A DNA stretch of 62,599 nucleotides from an uncultured Verrucomicrobiota bacterium. GTDB lineage: Bacteria; Verrucomicrobiota; Verrucomicrobiia; Limisphaerales; UBA8199. The notes beneath the pieces are model-generated. The model saw nothing but the letters and a program-made list of their open reading frames with translations. It was not told the DNA's origin and made no database searches. Every line of letters begins with the position of its first letter. The first letter of the stretch is position 1. The stretch lies in assembly GCA_903873945.1 (NCBI GenBank), contig CAIQQM010000227.1, positions 66,781-129,379 on the forward strand, given 5' to 3'. Made by a program: the position numbers and the translations under genes. Below are positions 26,424 through 35,483 of this stretch, in pieces.

Positions 26424-28883
26424 ATGAAAAAGGCCGCCGGCAAGACCGTGTGGTTGCTTCTTGCCTTCGTGGGCGCGTGGGCTTATGCGGTGATCGCGTT
26501 TCATCGGGGCGAATCCCTTAACTCCGTATATATCCTCATGGCTGCTTTATGCAGCTATGCCATCGGCTACCGTTTTTATTCCAAATGGATCGCCGTGCGC
26601 GTTCTCATGCTCGACGACCGGCGGGCGACGCCCTGTGTGCTGCACGATGACGGCAAGGACTTTGTGAGGACGAACAAGTGGATTGTCTTCGGCCAGCATT
26701 TCGCGGCGATTTCCGGCCCGGGACCGCTGGTGGGCCCCGTCCTTGCGGCGCAATTCGGGTACCTGCCGGGAACGCTCTGGCTACTTATTGGCGTCACACT
26801 GGGAGGCGCCGTCCAGGATTTCGTCGTGCTGTTTGCATCACTGCGCCGGGACGGCAAATCCCTCGGCCAGATGGTCAAAGAGGAACTGAGCACCGCAGCT
26901 GGAGCGATCGCACTGATCGCCATCCTTGCGATCCTCGCCATTCTGCTCGCGGTCCTGGCTCTTGTTGTGGTGAAAGCCCTGGCCGAAAGTCCGTGGGGCA
27001 CGTTCACGGTTGGCGCGACCATTCCCATCGCGCTGTTCATGGGCTGTTACCTGCGTTTTGCGCGCGTTGGCAAAGTCAGGGAAGCTTCGGTTATCGGCGG
27101 CGCCGGCCTGTTGCTGGCAGTTTGGGGAGGAAAGCTTGTCCATGAGAGCCCGCGTCTCGCGAACCTCTTCGGGCTGGACGGGATCGCGCTCGCATGGTGC
27201 ATCATTCTTTACGGACTCGCCGCGAGTGCGCTGCCGGTGTGGCTGCTGCTGGCCCCTCGCGGGTACCTCAGCACGTTCATGAAGCTCGGCACGATCTTTG
27301 CGCTCGCCTTCGGCATCTTCCTCGTGCTGCCAAATCTGAAAATGCCGGCGCTTACCCGGTTTGTTGACGGCTCTGGCCTGATCATCGCCGGCAAAGTTTT
27401 CCCTTTTTGCTTCATTACCATCGCCTGCGGCGCCATCTCCGGCTTTCACACTCTCATTGCGAGCGGAACCACGCCAAAACTCCTGACCCGGGAATCTTAC
27501 GCGCGGCCGGTGGGCTACGGCGCCATGTGCCTCGAATCCCTCGTCGCCATCATGGCGCTCATCGCGGCTTGCACGCTGGATCCGGGGGTTTATTTCGGCA
27601 TGAACGTGTCCAGCGCCGAGGCCGACTTGGGAACAAGGGCCACCGCCATCACGCAGAGAATTCAAGCTGCGGGCGCGGATTTCGTGGTAAGCGCGGATGC
27701 GATGAAACGCCTGGCTGCCGACGTAAAGGAGAAGACGCTCTTCAATCGGACGGGCGGCGCGGCGACCCTGGCGGCGGGAATGGCCGGCATTTTTTCGAAT
27801 GTCACCCGAGGTCGATGGGTTGACCTGTGGTATCACTTCGCAATTATGTTTGAAGCCCTATTCATTCTTACCACGATCGATGCGGGCACCCGCGCCGGGC
27901 GCTACCTGCTCCAGGATGTGCTCGGCAGCATTTGGAAGCCGCTGGGCGAGACCAGGAACCTGGGTTCCACTCTGCTCGCCAGCGTGCTGATGGTCGCCAG
28001 CTGGGGGTACTTCCTGATTCAGGGCGTGCGGGATCCGCTCGGGGGTGTCAATTCGCTTTGGCCGCTGTTCGGCATTGCCAATCAAATGCTGGCGACCATC
28101 GGCCTTTGCCTCGGCACGACGATCATTCTCAAGATGACCTTGCAGCACAGAGCGAACGGCTCGCCCGGTTCGGAAGCTGCCAACCCTGCGCCCGGGACGG
28201 GGATTGGCAAAGTTCCCGACTCGAGCTCTCCGGCGCTGATTCTTATCACCTTCGTTCCGCTGCTCTGGCTGGTGGCGGTGACCATGACCGCGGGTGTGCA
28301 GAAGATTTTCCACAGCGATCCGAATATCGGATTCTTGGCCGCGGCGAGCGGCTACTCGGCGAGATGCCAGGCGCTCGAACCCGAGATTCATGCCGAGGTG
28401 GCTGTCCGGTCGAACGCTTCGGAAGAGCGTCTCCAAAACCGCCCTGCGCTCGACGAATGGCGGCGGCTCAAGACGCTCATGAAGAACAACATTCTGGATG
28501 CGGTCGTCGCCGGCATATTTCTTCTATTGGTTTGCCTGATCCTGGTTTTCAGCGTTCGCGAGTGGCTTCTCCTGCTGGCCCGCCACAAGCTCGCAGTGCT
28601 GCACGAAAACCCGCCGGTATGGCTCCCGGATTACGCGACCTCCGAAGCCGGGCCGCTGCATCTGCTGAGCCTCACCGCCCTGGCGTTCGCCTTGGCCAAA
28701 GAGCTTTCGGGCGAGGCGCAGACGGAGGAGCGGGCGCGACAGACCGTTGACGCCCACACCTGCACTCATGCCGGGCACAGCTCTCAGGGCGTGACAAACT
28801 CAGCCCCGGACGTCCGAAGCGGCAAACAAATTTACGTTGACGTCACTGAACAACAGTTTAATGGAATACGTCGATGTTGTTAG
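26424..28883 (+). CDS. cstA: Carbon starvation protein A family transporter with an extended C-terminal tail
   Basis: 819 aa. Blocks YRFYSKWIA, FGQHFAAISGPGPLVGPVLAAQFGYLPG, ISGFHTLIASGTTPK and LWPLFGIANQMLA are typical of CstA. About 86 extra residues end in RRCC. Confidence 0.9.
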   Translation: MKKAAGKTVWLLLAFVGAWAYAVIAFHRGESLNSVYILMAALCSYAIGYRFYSKWIAVRVLMLDDRRATPCVLHDDGKDFVRTNKWIVFGQHFAAISGPGPLVGPVLAAQFGYLPGTLWLLIGVTLGGAVQDFVVLFASLRRDGKSLGQMVKEELSTAAGAIALIAILAILAILLAVLALVVVKALAESPWGTFTVGATIPIALFMGCYLRFARVGKVREASVIGGAGLLLAVWGGKLVHESPRLANLFGLDGIALAWCIILYGLAASALPVWLLLAPRGYLSTFMKLGTIFALAFGIFLVLPNLKMPALTRFVDGSGLIIAGKVFPFCFITIACGAISGFHTLIASGTTPKLLTRESYARPVGYGAMCLESLVAIMALIAACTLDPGVYFGMNVSSAEADLGTRATAITQRIQAAGADFVVSADAMKRLAADVKEKTLFNRTGGAATLAAGMAGIFSNVTRGRWVDLWYHFAIMFEALFILTTIDAGTRAGRYLLQDVLGSIWKPLGETRNLGSTLLASVLMVASWGYFLIQGVRDPLGGVNSLWPLFGIANQMLATIGLCLGTTIILKMTLQHRANGSPGSEAANPAPGTGIGKVPDSSSPALILITFVPLLWLVAVTMTAGVQKIFHSDPNIGFLAAASGYSARCQALEPEIHAEVAVRSNASEERLQNRPALDEWRRLKTLMKNNILDAVVAGIFLLLVCLILVFSVREWLLLLARHKLAVLHENPPVWLPDYATSEAGPLHLLSLTALAFALAKELSGEAQTEERARQTVDAHTCTHAGHSSQGVTNSAPDVRSGKQIYVDVTEQQFNGIRRCC

Positions 28884-28886
28884 AAG

Positions 28887-29504
28887 ATGACTTCTAAAAT
28901 GTTAAACCGCAAACACCAGCCATCCCCCACGCAACGCATCGGCTTGTTCGGCGGTTCCTTCGACCCAATTCATCTGGGCCATTTGCTCGTGGCCCAGGCG
29001 GCGCGTGAGGAGCTGGCTTTGACACGCCTTGTCTTCATCCCGGCTGCGCAATCACCCTTCAAGCCCGGAAGCCGGACCGCATTGCCGGATGAACGTCTGC
29101 GCCTGCTCAGGCTGGCGCTCGCCGGCCACTCCTGGTGCGAGGTGGACGAGCAGGAAATTCAACGGGGCGGCATTTCATATACCATCGACACCGTGCGCGA
29201 TTACAAGGCCAGATCCGATGGCGCGGAGCTGTTCTACCTGATAGGGGCCGATCACGTGCCCCAACTCCCCGGGTGGCGTCAGGCGGACGACTTGGCGCGC
29301 CTGGTCCAGTTCGTTGTCATTCCCCGCCCCGGGCAGGCGGACGTTCCATTTACAGCTCCCTTTCGCGGCCGAACATTGGTTGGCTTCCCGCTGGGCATCT
29401 CTTCCTCGCAGATCCGCGCCCGGGTAAAGGTCGGATTGCCCATCGAACACCTGGTTCCGGCTTGCGTCGCGGAGGCGATTCACAACAATCACCTTTATCT
29501 TTGA
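28887..29504 (+). CDS. nadD: Nicotinate-nucleotide adenylyltransferase
   Basis: GLFGGSFDPIHLGHL (HxGH motif) and ISSSQIR near the C-terminus. Followed by rsfS, the widely conserved nadD-rsfS pairing. Confidence 0.9.
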   Translation: MTSKMLNRKHQPSPTQRIGLFGGSFDPIHLGHLLVAQAAREELALTRLVFIPAAQSPFKPGSRTALPDERLRLLRLALAGHSWCEVDEQEIQRGGISYTIDTVRDYKARSDGAELFYLIGADHVPQLPGWRQADDLARLVQFVVIPRPGQADVPFTAPFRGRTLVGFPLGISSSQIRARVKVGLPIEHLVPACVAEAIHNNHLYL

Positions 29505-29530
29505 TTTGGCTTAAGGCACTATTCTCTTAG

Positions 29531-29896
29531 ATGGATTCAAGAAAACTCGCTCTGCTCTGCCGGGAATTCGCAGATAATAAAAAGGCGGAAGATATAGTTA
29601 TCCTCGATGTGCGCAAGCTGTCATCGGTCACAGACTATTTTGTCCTCGCTTCCGGCACCAGCGACCCCCATCTCCGTGCCATTATCGACGAAATTACCGA
29701 TGAGCTGCGCGACGCTCATCATCTGCGGCCCAAAGCTGTCGACGGCACTCTTCAGGCTGCCTGGGTTGTGCTGGATTACTTCGACGTCATCGTTCACGTG
29801 ATGCGTCATGATCTGCGTAAACGGTACGACTTGGAAACCCTTTGGGGAGACGCGCCGCGCGTTAAAGCCCGGAAACACACTGCGGCCCACGCGTAA
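29531..29896 (+). CDS. rsfS: Ribosomal silencing factor RsfS (iojap-like)
   Basis: 121 aa. KKAEDIVILDVRKLSSVTDYFVLASGTS...WVVLDYFDVIVHVM...RKRYDLETLW is typical of RsfS. Confidence 0.87.
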   Translation: MDSRKLALLCREFADNKKAEDIVILDVRKLSSVTDYFVLASGTSDPHLRAIIDEITDELRDAHHLRPKAVDGTLQAAWVVLDYFDVIVHVMRHDLRKRYDLETLWGDAPRVKARKHTAAHA

Positions 29897-29911
29897 AAAG
29901 TCGCTCGAAGG

Positions 29912-30211
29912 CTATGCAGCTTTCGGTGGCGTTTCCGTCGCTGCCTTTACCATTTCGTCCAGAAGCTTTTTGAAGTCATCCAGACCCGGGGCGGGAATGA
30001 TAATCGTATCGCGCCGGCCGCCTACATCTTCGGTAATCCGCAGAAACCGACCGCGGGGATTCTCTTTCAAAGCAAAGACAAAAATTTTCCTCTCGATCTG
30101 TATTTTTTCCGACTTTAGCGTATCTTCGTTTATTGGCGGTTTTGGAGCCCCATAAGTGCGTTCGCCATAAGTCCGATTGCCATAAGGCGATGGACGATCA
30201 TTTGAAATCAT
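29912..30211 (-). CDS. PUR-alpha-like (DUF3276) nucleic-acid-binding protein
   Basis: 99 aa. LKSEKIQIERKIFVFALKENPRGRFLRITEDVGGRRDTIIIPAPGLDDF matches the PUR repeat pattern of bacterial DUF3276 proteins. Confidence 0.7.
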   Translation of the reverse strand: MISNDRPSPYGNRTYGERTYGAPKPPINEDTLKSEKIQIERKIFVFALKENPRGRFLRITEDVGGRRDTIIIPAPGLDDFKKLLDEMVKAATETPPKAA

Positions 30212-30287
30212 ACGCTTGCCCTATCCGGCTGCCTCAAAGGCAACCCAAACTAACAATAAAAATAAGGTTGACGACAATCGCCATTTG

Positions 30288-30824
30288 TCAACTGCGGACT
30301 TTCGACGCGTCCAGAAAACAGGTTTGATCGGCTGGATTAGCCACGCGCCACAAGTAAAGAACCAAGCCCCCGATCATCAGGACATTCATGGCATGGGAAA
30401 CGTGGCGCCAGGCACGAAAAGAATTGCTTGCCGCCTTTCGTATTTCAGGCCGAGTATTCATCCCGCAATTGACTGCATGCAGCGCTTTCATCCGGGGCTG
30501 AACCCAATAGCCGCCAATCAGACTGAGTGCGCACAATCCGATTAACAGCCCAAGCCAGAATCGCCGGGCCGACCTGCCAAGGTAGAGCCATTCCGCCAGA
30601 ACATGCAGCAGGGCCACAACGCCGCAGACCATCTGTAACTGAAAATACCGGCTAAAAATGATCTGCCCCACCGCCTCTGAAAAATACGGATAGTTTTTCG
30701 CCCCAAGCAATTCCTTCATCTCCACGGAATATACCGCTGGCCATGCCCCGGACGTGGAGAAGACTGTGGCCCCAAGCCACACCGCCGCATTCAGAAGCCC
30801 GACGAATCTCAAAAACCCAATCAC
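30288..30824 (-). CDS. DUF4149/TMEM205-like membrane protein
   Basis: 178 aa, GTG start, 4 hydrophobic spans (FVGLLNAAVWLGATVF, VCGVVALLHVLAEWLYL, LLIGLCALSLIGGYWV, NVLMIGGLVLYLW). The family call is tentative. Confidence 0.5.
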   Translation of the reverse strand: MIGFLRFVGLLNAAVWLGATVFSTSGAWPAVYSVEMKELLGAKNYPYFSEAVGQIIFSRYFQLQMVCGVVALLHVLAEWLYLGRSARRFWLGLLIGLCALSLIGGYWVQPRMKALHAVNCGMNTRPEIRKAASNSFRAWRHVSHAMNVLMIGGLVLYLWRVANPADQTCFLDASKVRS

Positions 30825-31046
30825 AAGCTGACAGTAGGAAAAAACGCCCCTGCTGCCAAGCGCAACATGTCGTCTTTTCCGAACCCAACGACTTGCTCCT
30901 ACCCCCCCGGCTGGAACAATCCTTCAGAAGTCAGTAATCCACGGTCGATGTTTATAGAATGTTCGCCACCAACTCCGAGCACTCGCTCTTTTGGAATTCA
31001 ATGTGGTGCCATCGCGACCTCCGCGCGAAATCGGTTGACGATATAA

Positions 31047-31733
31047 TTAAACCCTTTTGAGGATGGACCTGCGCGGGGTTGTCGATTTGGCGCGGGACAT
31101 GCGCGCATGCCACTTCCTGAGCCGCGTGTGCACCGCTGGCAGCTGATAATGGTCCGAATACAAAAAGTTCCCCAGTATTCCGTAAAGATCGAAGTCCACG
31201 AACCGCGGCTGTTCATCGAACAAAAATGGCTTATTAATCAACATCTCTTCGAATGGAATCAGCTTTTGCCCAAGCTGCCCGAGCAGCTCTTTTTGCTGCG
31301 ACCGCCACACGTCGATGCAGCCCCGCCCGAACTTGCGTTCCTTGTGGCGGAGAAAGCTCAACTGCTGCGAAGGAGGAACCACTTCCTGCCAATAAATGTC
31401 GTTCAGCTTGAACCCGATCCCTTCGACCTCGTTTTCAATGTAACGCCATACCAGCGATTGCACTCCTTCCAGCCCCCACGGGAACAAACCTAGCTGAAAT
31501 TTCGCGTCGACGTACTTTGCAATCACCTGCGAATCCTCATTAATTTCGAATATCACTGCCCGGCCATCCCGGATCGTGGGCACACCATAGTACCGTTGTT
31601 TTGTCAGCCGCCAGACCAAGGAACGATCGCTGCTTGGGATGTTAGTGATTTTGAACCGGGTTCCGGAGAACTCCAGGATGCGGCGGATCGCGATGCAAAA
31701 CGGAGACCAGGGAAACTGAACCAGTTCGATCAT
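31047..31733 (-). CDS. Glutathione S-transferase-like / thioredoxin-fold protein
   Basis: The N-terminus MIELVQFPWSPFCIAIRRILEFSG...YGVPTIRDG resembles GST N-terminal or glutaredoxin-2-like domains. The rest is helical. Confidence 0.6.
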   Translation of the reverse strand: MIELVQFPWSPFCIAIRRILEFSGTRFKITNIPSSDRSLVWRLTKQRYYGVPTIRDGRAVIFEINEDSQVIAKYVDAKFQLGLFPWGLEGVQSLVWRYIENEVEGIGFKLNDIYWQEVVPPSQQLSFLRHKERKFGRGCIDVWRSQQKELLGQLGQKLIPFEEMLINKPFLFDEQPRFVDFDLYGILGNFLYSDHYQLPAVHTRLRKWHARMSRAKSTTPRRSILKRV

Positions 31734-31928
31734 GTAATGCCTTATGGGCGTATAAGCTGGTCAAATTTATAGCTCGGCATGTGCGCTGACAAGCGGAAAC
31801 GACGTATTCTCAACCAAACGATCGTCCGCCAACTGCGGGAGGCCCAGCTCCGTGCCACCAGACACCAACTGCGATTTTCACAGAACACCCCTCTTTACAC
31901 ACCTCTGTTCGCTGACTAGACTCACTGC

Positions 31929-32591
31929 ATGTCTTCGAATTACGACGCATCGGAGTTTGTTGACGGTGATCTTCTGGTCCCCAAATCGCCTGCTTTCCCC
32001 GCTGGACTTTCGCAGACGCAACGTGCTCCATCCCGCGAGGAAGTGGACTCCAAAGTCGCAGATGCACAGCAGAAGTTGGCCGAGTTGAAGCGAGCGCAGG
32101 AAGATCTGGAGCGTGAGCGCGCCGCGCTGGAGGAGACACGCCGGCGTCAAATGGAATTCCAAACCGGGCGCCAGGAAATGACCCAGCAACTCACCCGTGG
32201 CGTTGGCTTGCTCGAAGAAGCCGAGTTCAACATCCGCCGGGATGCCGAGCAGATGGCTAAGACCCTCGTCGACTTTCGTGCCGCACTCACCAAAGTCCAG
32301 ACCATCCGTGAGGAAACATGGGCCGCGGACAATTTCAACATCGAACTGACTCGCGCTTTGACCGTCCTTGAAAACGCGCGCATGGAATGGAATGCCGCCC
32401 GGTTGAAATTTCCCGCACTTTCAGAGCCTCAGTCGGAAGGCGTTGTGGCCAAGGCGGCTGACATCACTCCCGCCTCATCCATTTTCGGCGCCCATAGTTT
32501 CGGAGAGCTTTGCCGTCTTGGCTTCGCGCTCACTTGGCCGCTCTTCCTTGTCACGCTGGGCTTGCTCGTGGTCCTCATGTTGCGTCGTTGA
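31929..32591 (+). CDS. Hypothetical coiled-coil protein with C-terminal membrane anchor
   Basis: 220 aa. Heptad-rich charged segment (KVADAQQKLAELKRAQEDLERERAALEETRRRQMEF) and a terminal TM LGFALTWPLFLVTLGLLVVLML. No family recognised. Confidence 0.6.
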   Translation: MSSNYDASEFVDGDLLVPKSPAFPAGLSQTQRAPSREEVDSKVADAQQKLAELKRAQEDLERERAALEETRRRQMEFQTGRQEMTQQLTRGVGLLEEAEFNIRRDAEQMAKTLVDFRAALTKVQTIREETWAADNFNIELTRALTVLENARMEWNAARLKFPALSEPQSEGVVAKAADITPASSIFGAHSFGELCRLGFALTWPLFLVTLGLLVVLMLRR

Positions 32592-32604
32592 ACTGTCTGC
32601 CGTC

Positions 32605-33147
32605 ATGGCATGGTTTAAAAAAAAGGCAGACCCGATTTCCGACCGCGCCCGCGTTCTCGGCGACCAGATTGACGAGCTCGAAACCCAAATCCGAAAGCTC
32701 GACGCGGAGTTGCAGAACCCTCCATCCCAGCCGCGCTTGCGTTCGACCGCCGTACCGCATGGAGCCACGCTCAACCACTCCCCACGTGTTGCCCAGTCAG
32801 CGCCCACGCCGCTTTCCGCCTTGTCCGCACATGAGCCGATTTTTGAAGAGGTGGACTCGGATCGCTTGACGGCCCGCATAGAAGTTACAAGCACACCAGA
32901 GCATTACAACGATCTAGGTGTTCGTAAGTACGACCTGCCGGCGTTATTGCGGCATTTGCGAAATCATTTCCACGGCCCCTCGACTACCAATCCGAAGCTC
33001 GTAAGCTATTTGGCAGCTGGCGGCATTCAAGGACTTCGGCCTTTGCGTTATGAGAAGCGCGTCGCCCGCAACAGGTTCATCGCCCTGGTGGTTATCCTCT
33101 TCGTGATATTACTGGGATTAATTGCCGCTTATGTCCACCATCGGTGA
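32605..33147 (+). CDS. Hypothetical short-coiled-coil protein with C-terminal membrane anchor
   Basis: ATG at 32605, 14 nt after the previous stop. MAWFKKKADPISDRARVLGDQIDELETQIRKLDAEL, then a terminal TM FIALVVILFVILLGLIAAYV. No family recognised. Confidence 0.55.
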   Translation: MAWFKKKADPISDRARVLGDQIDELETQIRKLDAELQNPPSQPRLRSTAVPHGATLNHSPRVAQSAPTPLSALSAHEPIFEEVDSDRLTARIEVTSTPEHYNDLGVRKYDLPALLRHLRNHFHGPSTTNPKLVSYLAAGGIQGLRPLRYEKRVARNRFIALVVILFVILLGLIAAYVHHR

Positions 33148-33324
33148 CACTAGGCTGGTTGTCAGCTTCCCAAATTTTGAATGTTGCCGTTTGTGTTCGC
33201 CATTTGTCACGCCCACACTCAAGCCACGGTTCGGCTCCGTTGGTCGGTGTCAAACTTTGATTTTAGATAGCTAGTTTTCTCAGTCTTGCAAACAGCCCCG
33301 GATTTAGTACTAATCCCTCCAATT

Positions 33325-34890
33325 ATGAGGTTTGCGAGTTGCTTGGTTTTGTGCCTCCTGGCCGCGATGCCCTCCCGGCTATTCGCGAAGCTCGAGTCTG
33401 CCCAGGTTACTCTGGATTACGTTGCCAAGAAAGCCGAGCAACGCGCGCATAAGCCTTTTCATTCGCCAAAGGCCGACCTGCCGGAGGTGCTTCGCCAAGA
33501 CAACCTCGATTACGATAAATACCGCGAAATCGAGTTCCGTCACGACCGCGCGTTTTGGGCCGCCGACAATTTGCCCTTCCGGGTCGAGTTTTTCCATCCC
33601 GGCTACCTCTACCAGGAGCCGATTCATGTGAACGAGTTCACTATAACCCACGTCCAGTCTGTCCGGTTTGTGCAGGACTTCTTCAATTACCGCAGCCTTC
33701 ACATTGAAAAACAAATCCCTACCGACACCGGTTACGCTGGCTTCAGACTCCTCTATCCTCTTAATGCTCCGGATCGGTGGGATGAACTCGGCGCGTTCCT
33801 CGGTGCCAGCTATTTCCGCCTTCTCGGCAAAGATCAGCGTTACGGCCTCTCTGCTCGCGGATTAGCGCTGGACTGCGGCGAATCCGACCGTCCGGAAGAA
33901 TTTCCCATCTTCACTGACTGGTGGCTCGGCAAACCGCATCGGGGCGATGAAGAGCTGCGGCTCTTTGCAATCCTTGATTCTGTCAGTTGTGTCGGCGCCT
34001 ATTCTTTCCTCATTCAGCCAGGTGAAACCACCGTCGTTGATGTGGAAGCCGTTCTCTATTTCCGTGGTGAAAAAGACATCCTTGCTGCCGATCGGAACCG
34101 CAAACCATTAGAGACCATTGGCTTGGCGCCATTGACCAGCATGTTTTGGTTTAGCCCGGCTTCTGAGCGCAAGTTCCCCGATTACCGCCGCGCCGTTCAC
34201 GATAGCGATGGTTTGCTCATGCACATGGACAACGGGGAAATGCTTTGGCGGCCGATTATCAACCCGCCAGCCATGCGCCACCAGCGGTTCGCATGCAAGA
34301 ATATTCGCGGCTTTGGCCTTCTGCAGCGCAACCGTGACTTTGCCGATTACCAGGACCTCTTTAACTTCTACCAACAGGTGCCCAGCGTCTGGGTCGAACC
34401 CCGCGGTCGTTGGGGCGAAGGCGATATCAACCTGGTCGAGTTGAGCACACAGTATGAGGGCCTCGACAACGTCGTCGCCTTTTGGAACCCGAAAGAGAAA
34501 CCCATGCCCTTGGAGCCTTACCGCATCGCTTATACCCTTCACTGGACTCGCGAGACCGACTTGAAACTCAGCCCCAACAAAGTTGTGGCGACACGCATCG
34601 GCGCGGACCTGCGCGAACCCACCCGCCGCCTCTTCGCAATCGATTTCGCCGGTCCTAAACTCAGTTCCATTCCTGAGAATGCTCCTCCGCAGGCCATCGC
34701 CAGTTGCAGCGCGAACGCTGCCATTGTTGAAAACCAGGTTTTTCATAATTCCTTTAACAACACCTGGCGGGTTATGCTCAAACTGGCGCCCAAACCGGAC
34801 AACAAGGATCCTGTGGACATTCGGTGCACACTCAAGCAGGGGGAGGAGGCTATAAGCGAAACATGGACCTATCTCTGGAGCCCTCCTTAG
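33325..34890 (+). CDS. opgG: Periplasmic glucan biosynthesis protein OpgG/MdoG
   Basis: ATG at 33325 gives a signal peptide (MRFASCLVLCLLAAMPSRLFA). DYDKYREIEFRHDRAFW, FRVEFFHPGYLY, GASYFRLLGKDQRYGLSARGLALD and WVEPRGRWGEGDINLVE blocks are typical of MdoG. Confidence 0.9.
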   Translation: MRFASCLVLCLLAAMPSRLFAKLESAQVTLDYVAKKAEQRAHKPFHSPKADLPEVLRQDNLDYDKYREIEFRHDRAFWAADNLPFRVEFFHPGYLYQEPIHVNEFTITHVQSVRFVQDFFNYRSLHIEKQIPTDTGYAGFRLLYPLNAPDRWDELGAFLGASYFRLLGKDQRYGLSARGLALDCGESDRPEEFPIFTDWWLGKPHRGDEELRLFAILDSVSCVGAYSFLIQPGETTVVDVEAVLYFRGEKDILAADRNRKPLETIGLAPLTSMFWFSPASERKFPDYRRAVHDSDGLLMHMDNGEMLWRPIINPPAMRHQRFACKNIRGFGLLQRNRDFADYQDLFNFYQQVPSVWVEPRGRWGEGDINLVELSTQYEGLDNVVAFWNPKEKPMPLEPYRIAYTLHWTRETDLKLSPNKVVATRIGADLREPTRRLFAIDFAGPKLSSIPENAPPQAIASCSANAAIVENQVFHNSFNNTWRVMLKLAPKPDNKDPVDIRCTLKQGEEAISETWTYLWSPP

Positions 34891-35477
34891 CCGCAACGGA
34901 CGCTGGCGCCCGCACTCTGGGTAAAATTGCCGGTCGACCGCTGGACGAGTGGAATGCGGCCTATTCGAAAGTGGAAAACTATTTCCACGCACTTCGGATC
35001 CGTAATAACGTCCTGCGCGGCAGGCTGGTCCTTCTGGTTTTGCAGCGCGCGATGCGGCGCGCACCAAATGAACCCCAAAGCACGGCTACTGAGATCTCGG
35101 CGGAAGAAATGGACCGGGTTGTTACCGATTGGTTCAGCGAGGTGTTGCAGGAGTCTCCCACCGGCGCCGACAATATGCTTTCCACACGCGGACGTCTGGC
35201 TCTGCTGCTCGCCGATATGCCTGGGAAATGGCAGGACCAGTTCCTCCAGCCCGGACCATGGCCCCGGGAGTTCGTCAACGCGATGCGCGAAATGTATCTC
35301 CGTGCGGGACCCGATTTCCAACTTTCTAAAATGGCTCCGCGGCCCCTTCATCTTGGACCAATTACGACTCTTACGAGGATCAGCCGCCTGCCTTACGCGA
35401 GGATGGTCGCCAGTTGGGTCCTCTTCGCAGTTGTTCTGATCACAGTGTTCATCGTCACCCACTATTTCCACTTCTGA
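34863..35477 (+). CDS. Hypothetical protein with C-terminal membrane anchor, wedged between opgG and opgH
   Basis: ATG at 34863 overlaps the opgG 3' end by 28 nt (alternative GTG at 34824). The stop lies 6 nt before the opgH ATG. Plausible composition and a terminal TM VASWVLFAVVLITVFIVTHYF. Competing ORFs in other frames look like GC artefacts. Confidence 0.55.
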   Translation: MDLSLEPSLAATDAGARTLGKIAGRPLDEWNAAYSKVENYFHALRIRNNVLRGRLVLLVLQRAMRRAPNEPQSTATEISAEEMDRVVTDWFSEVLQESPTGADNMLSTRGRLALLLADMPGKWQDQFLQPGPWPREFVNAMREMYLRAGPDFQLSKMAPRPLHLGPITTLTRISRLPYARMVASWVLFAVVLITVFIVTHYFHF

Positions 35478-35483
35478 CCGAAC

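Noticed and set aside
26838-27836. 332-aa minus-strand ORF, plus several plus-strand off-frame ORFs (27932-28750 and others)
   Set aside because: They overlap cstA, whose frame carries the family motifs. The alternatives are Arg/Gly/Pro-rich and low-complexity.
34108-35067. 319-aa minus-strand ORF
   Set aside because: It is antisense to the opgG 3' half and the following ORF. No motifs; a shadow frame.
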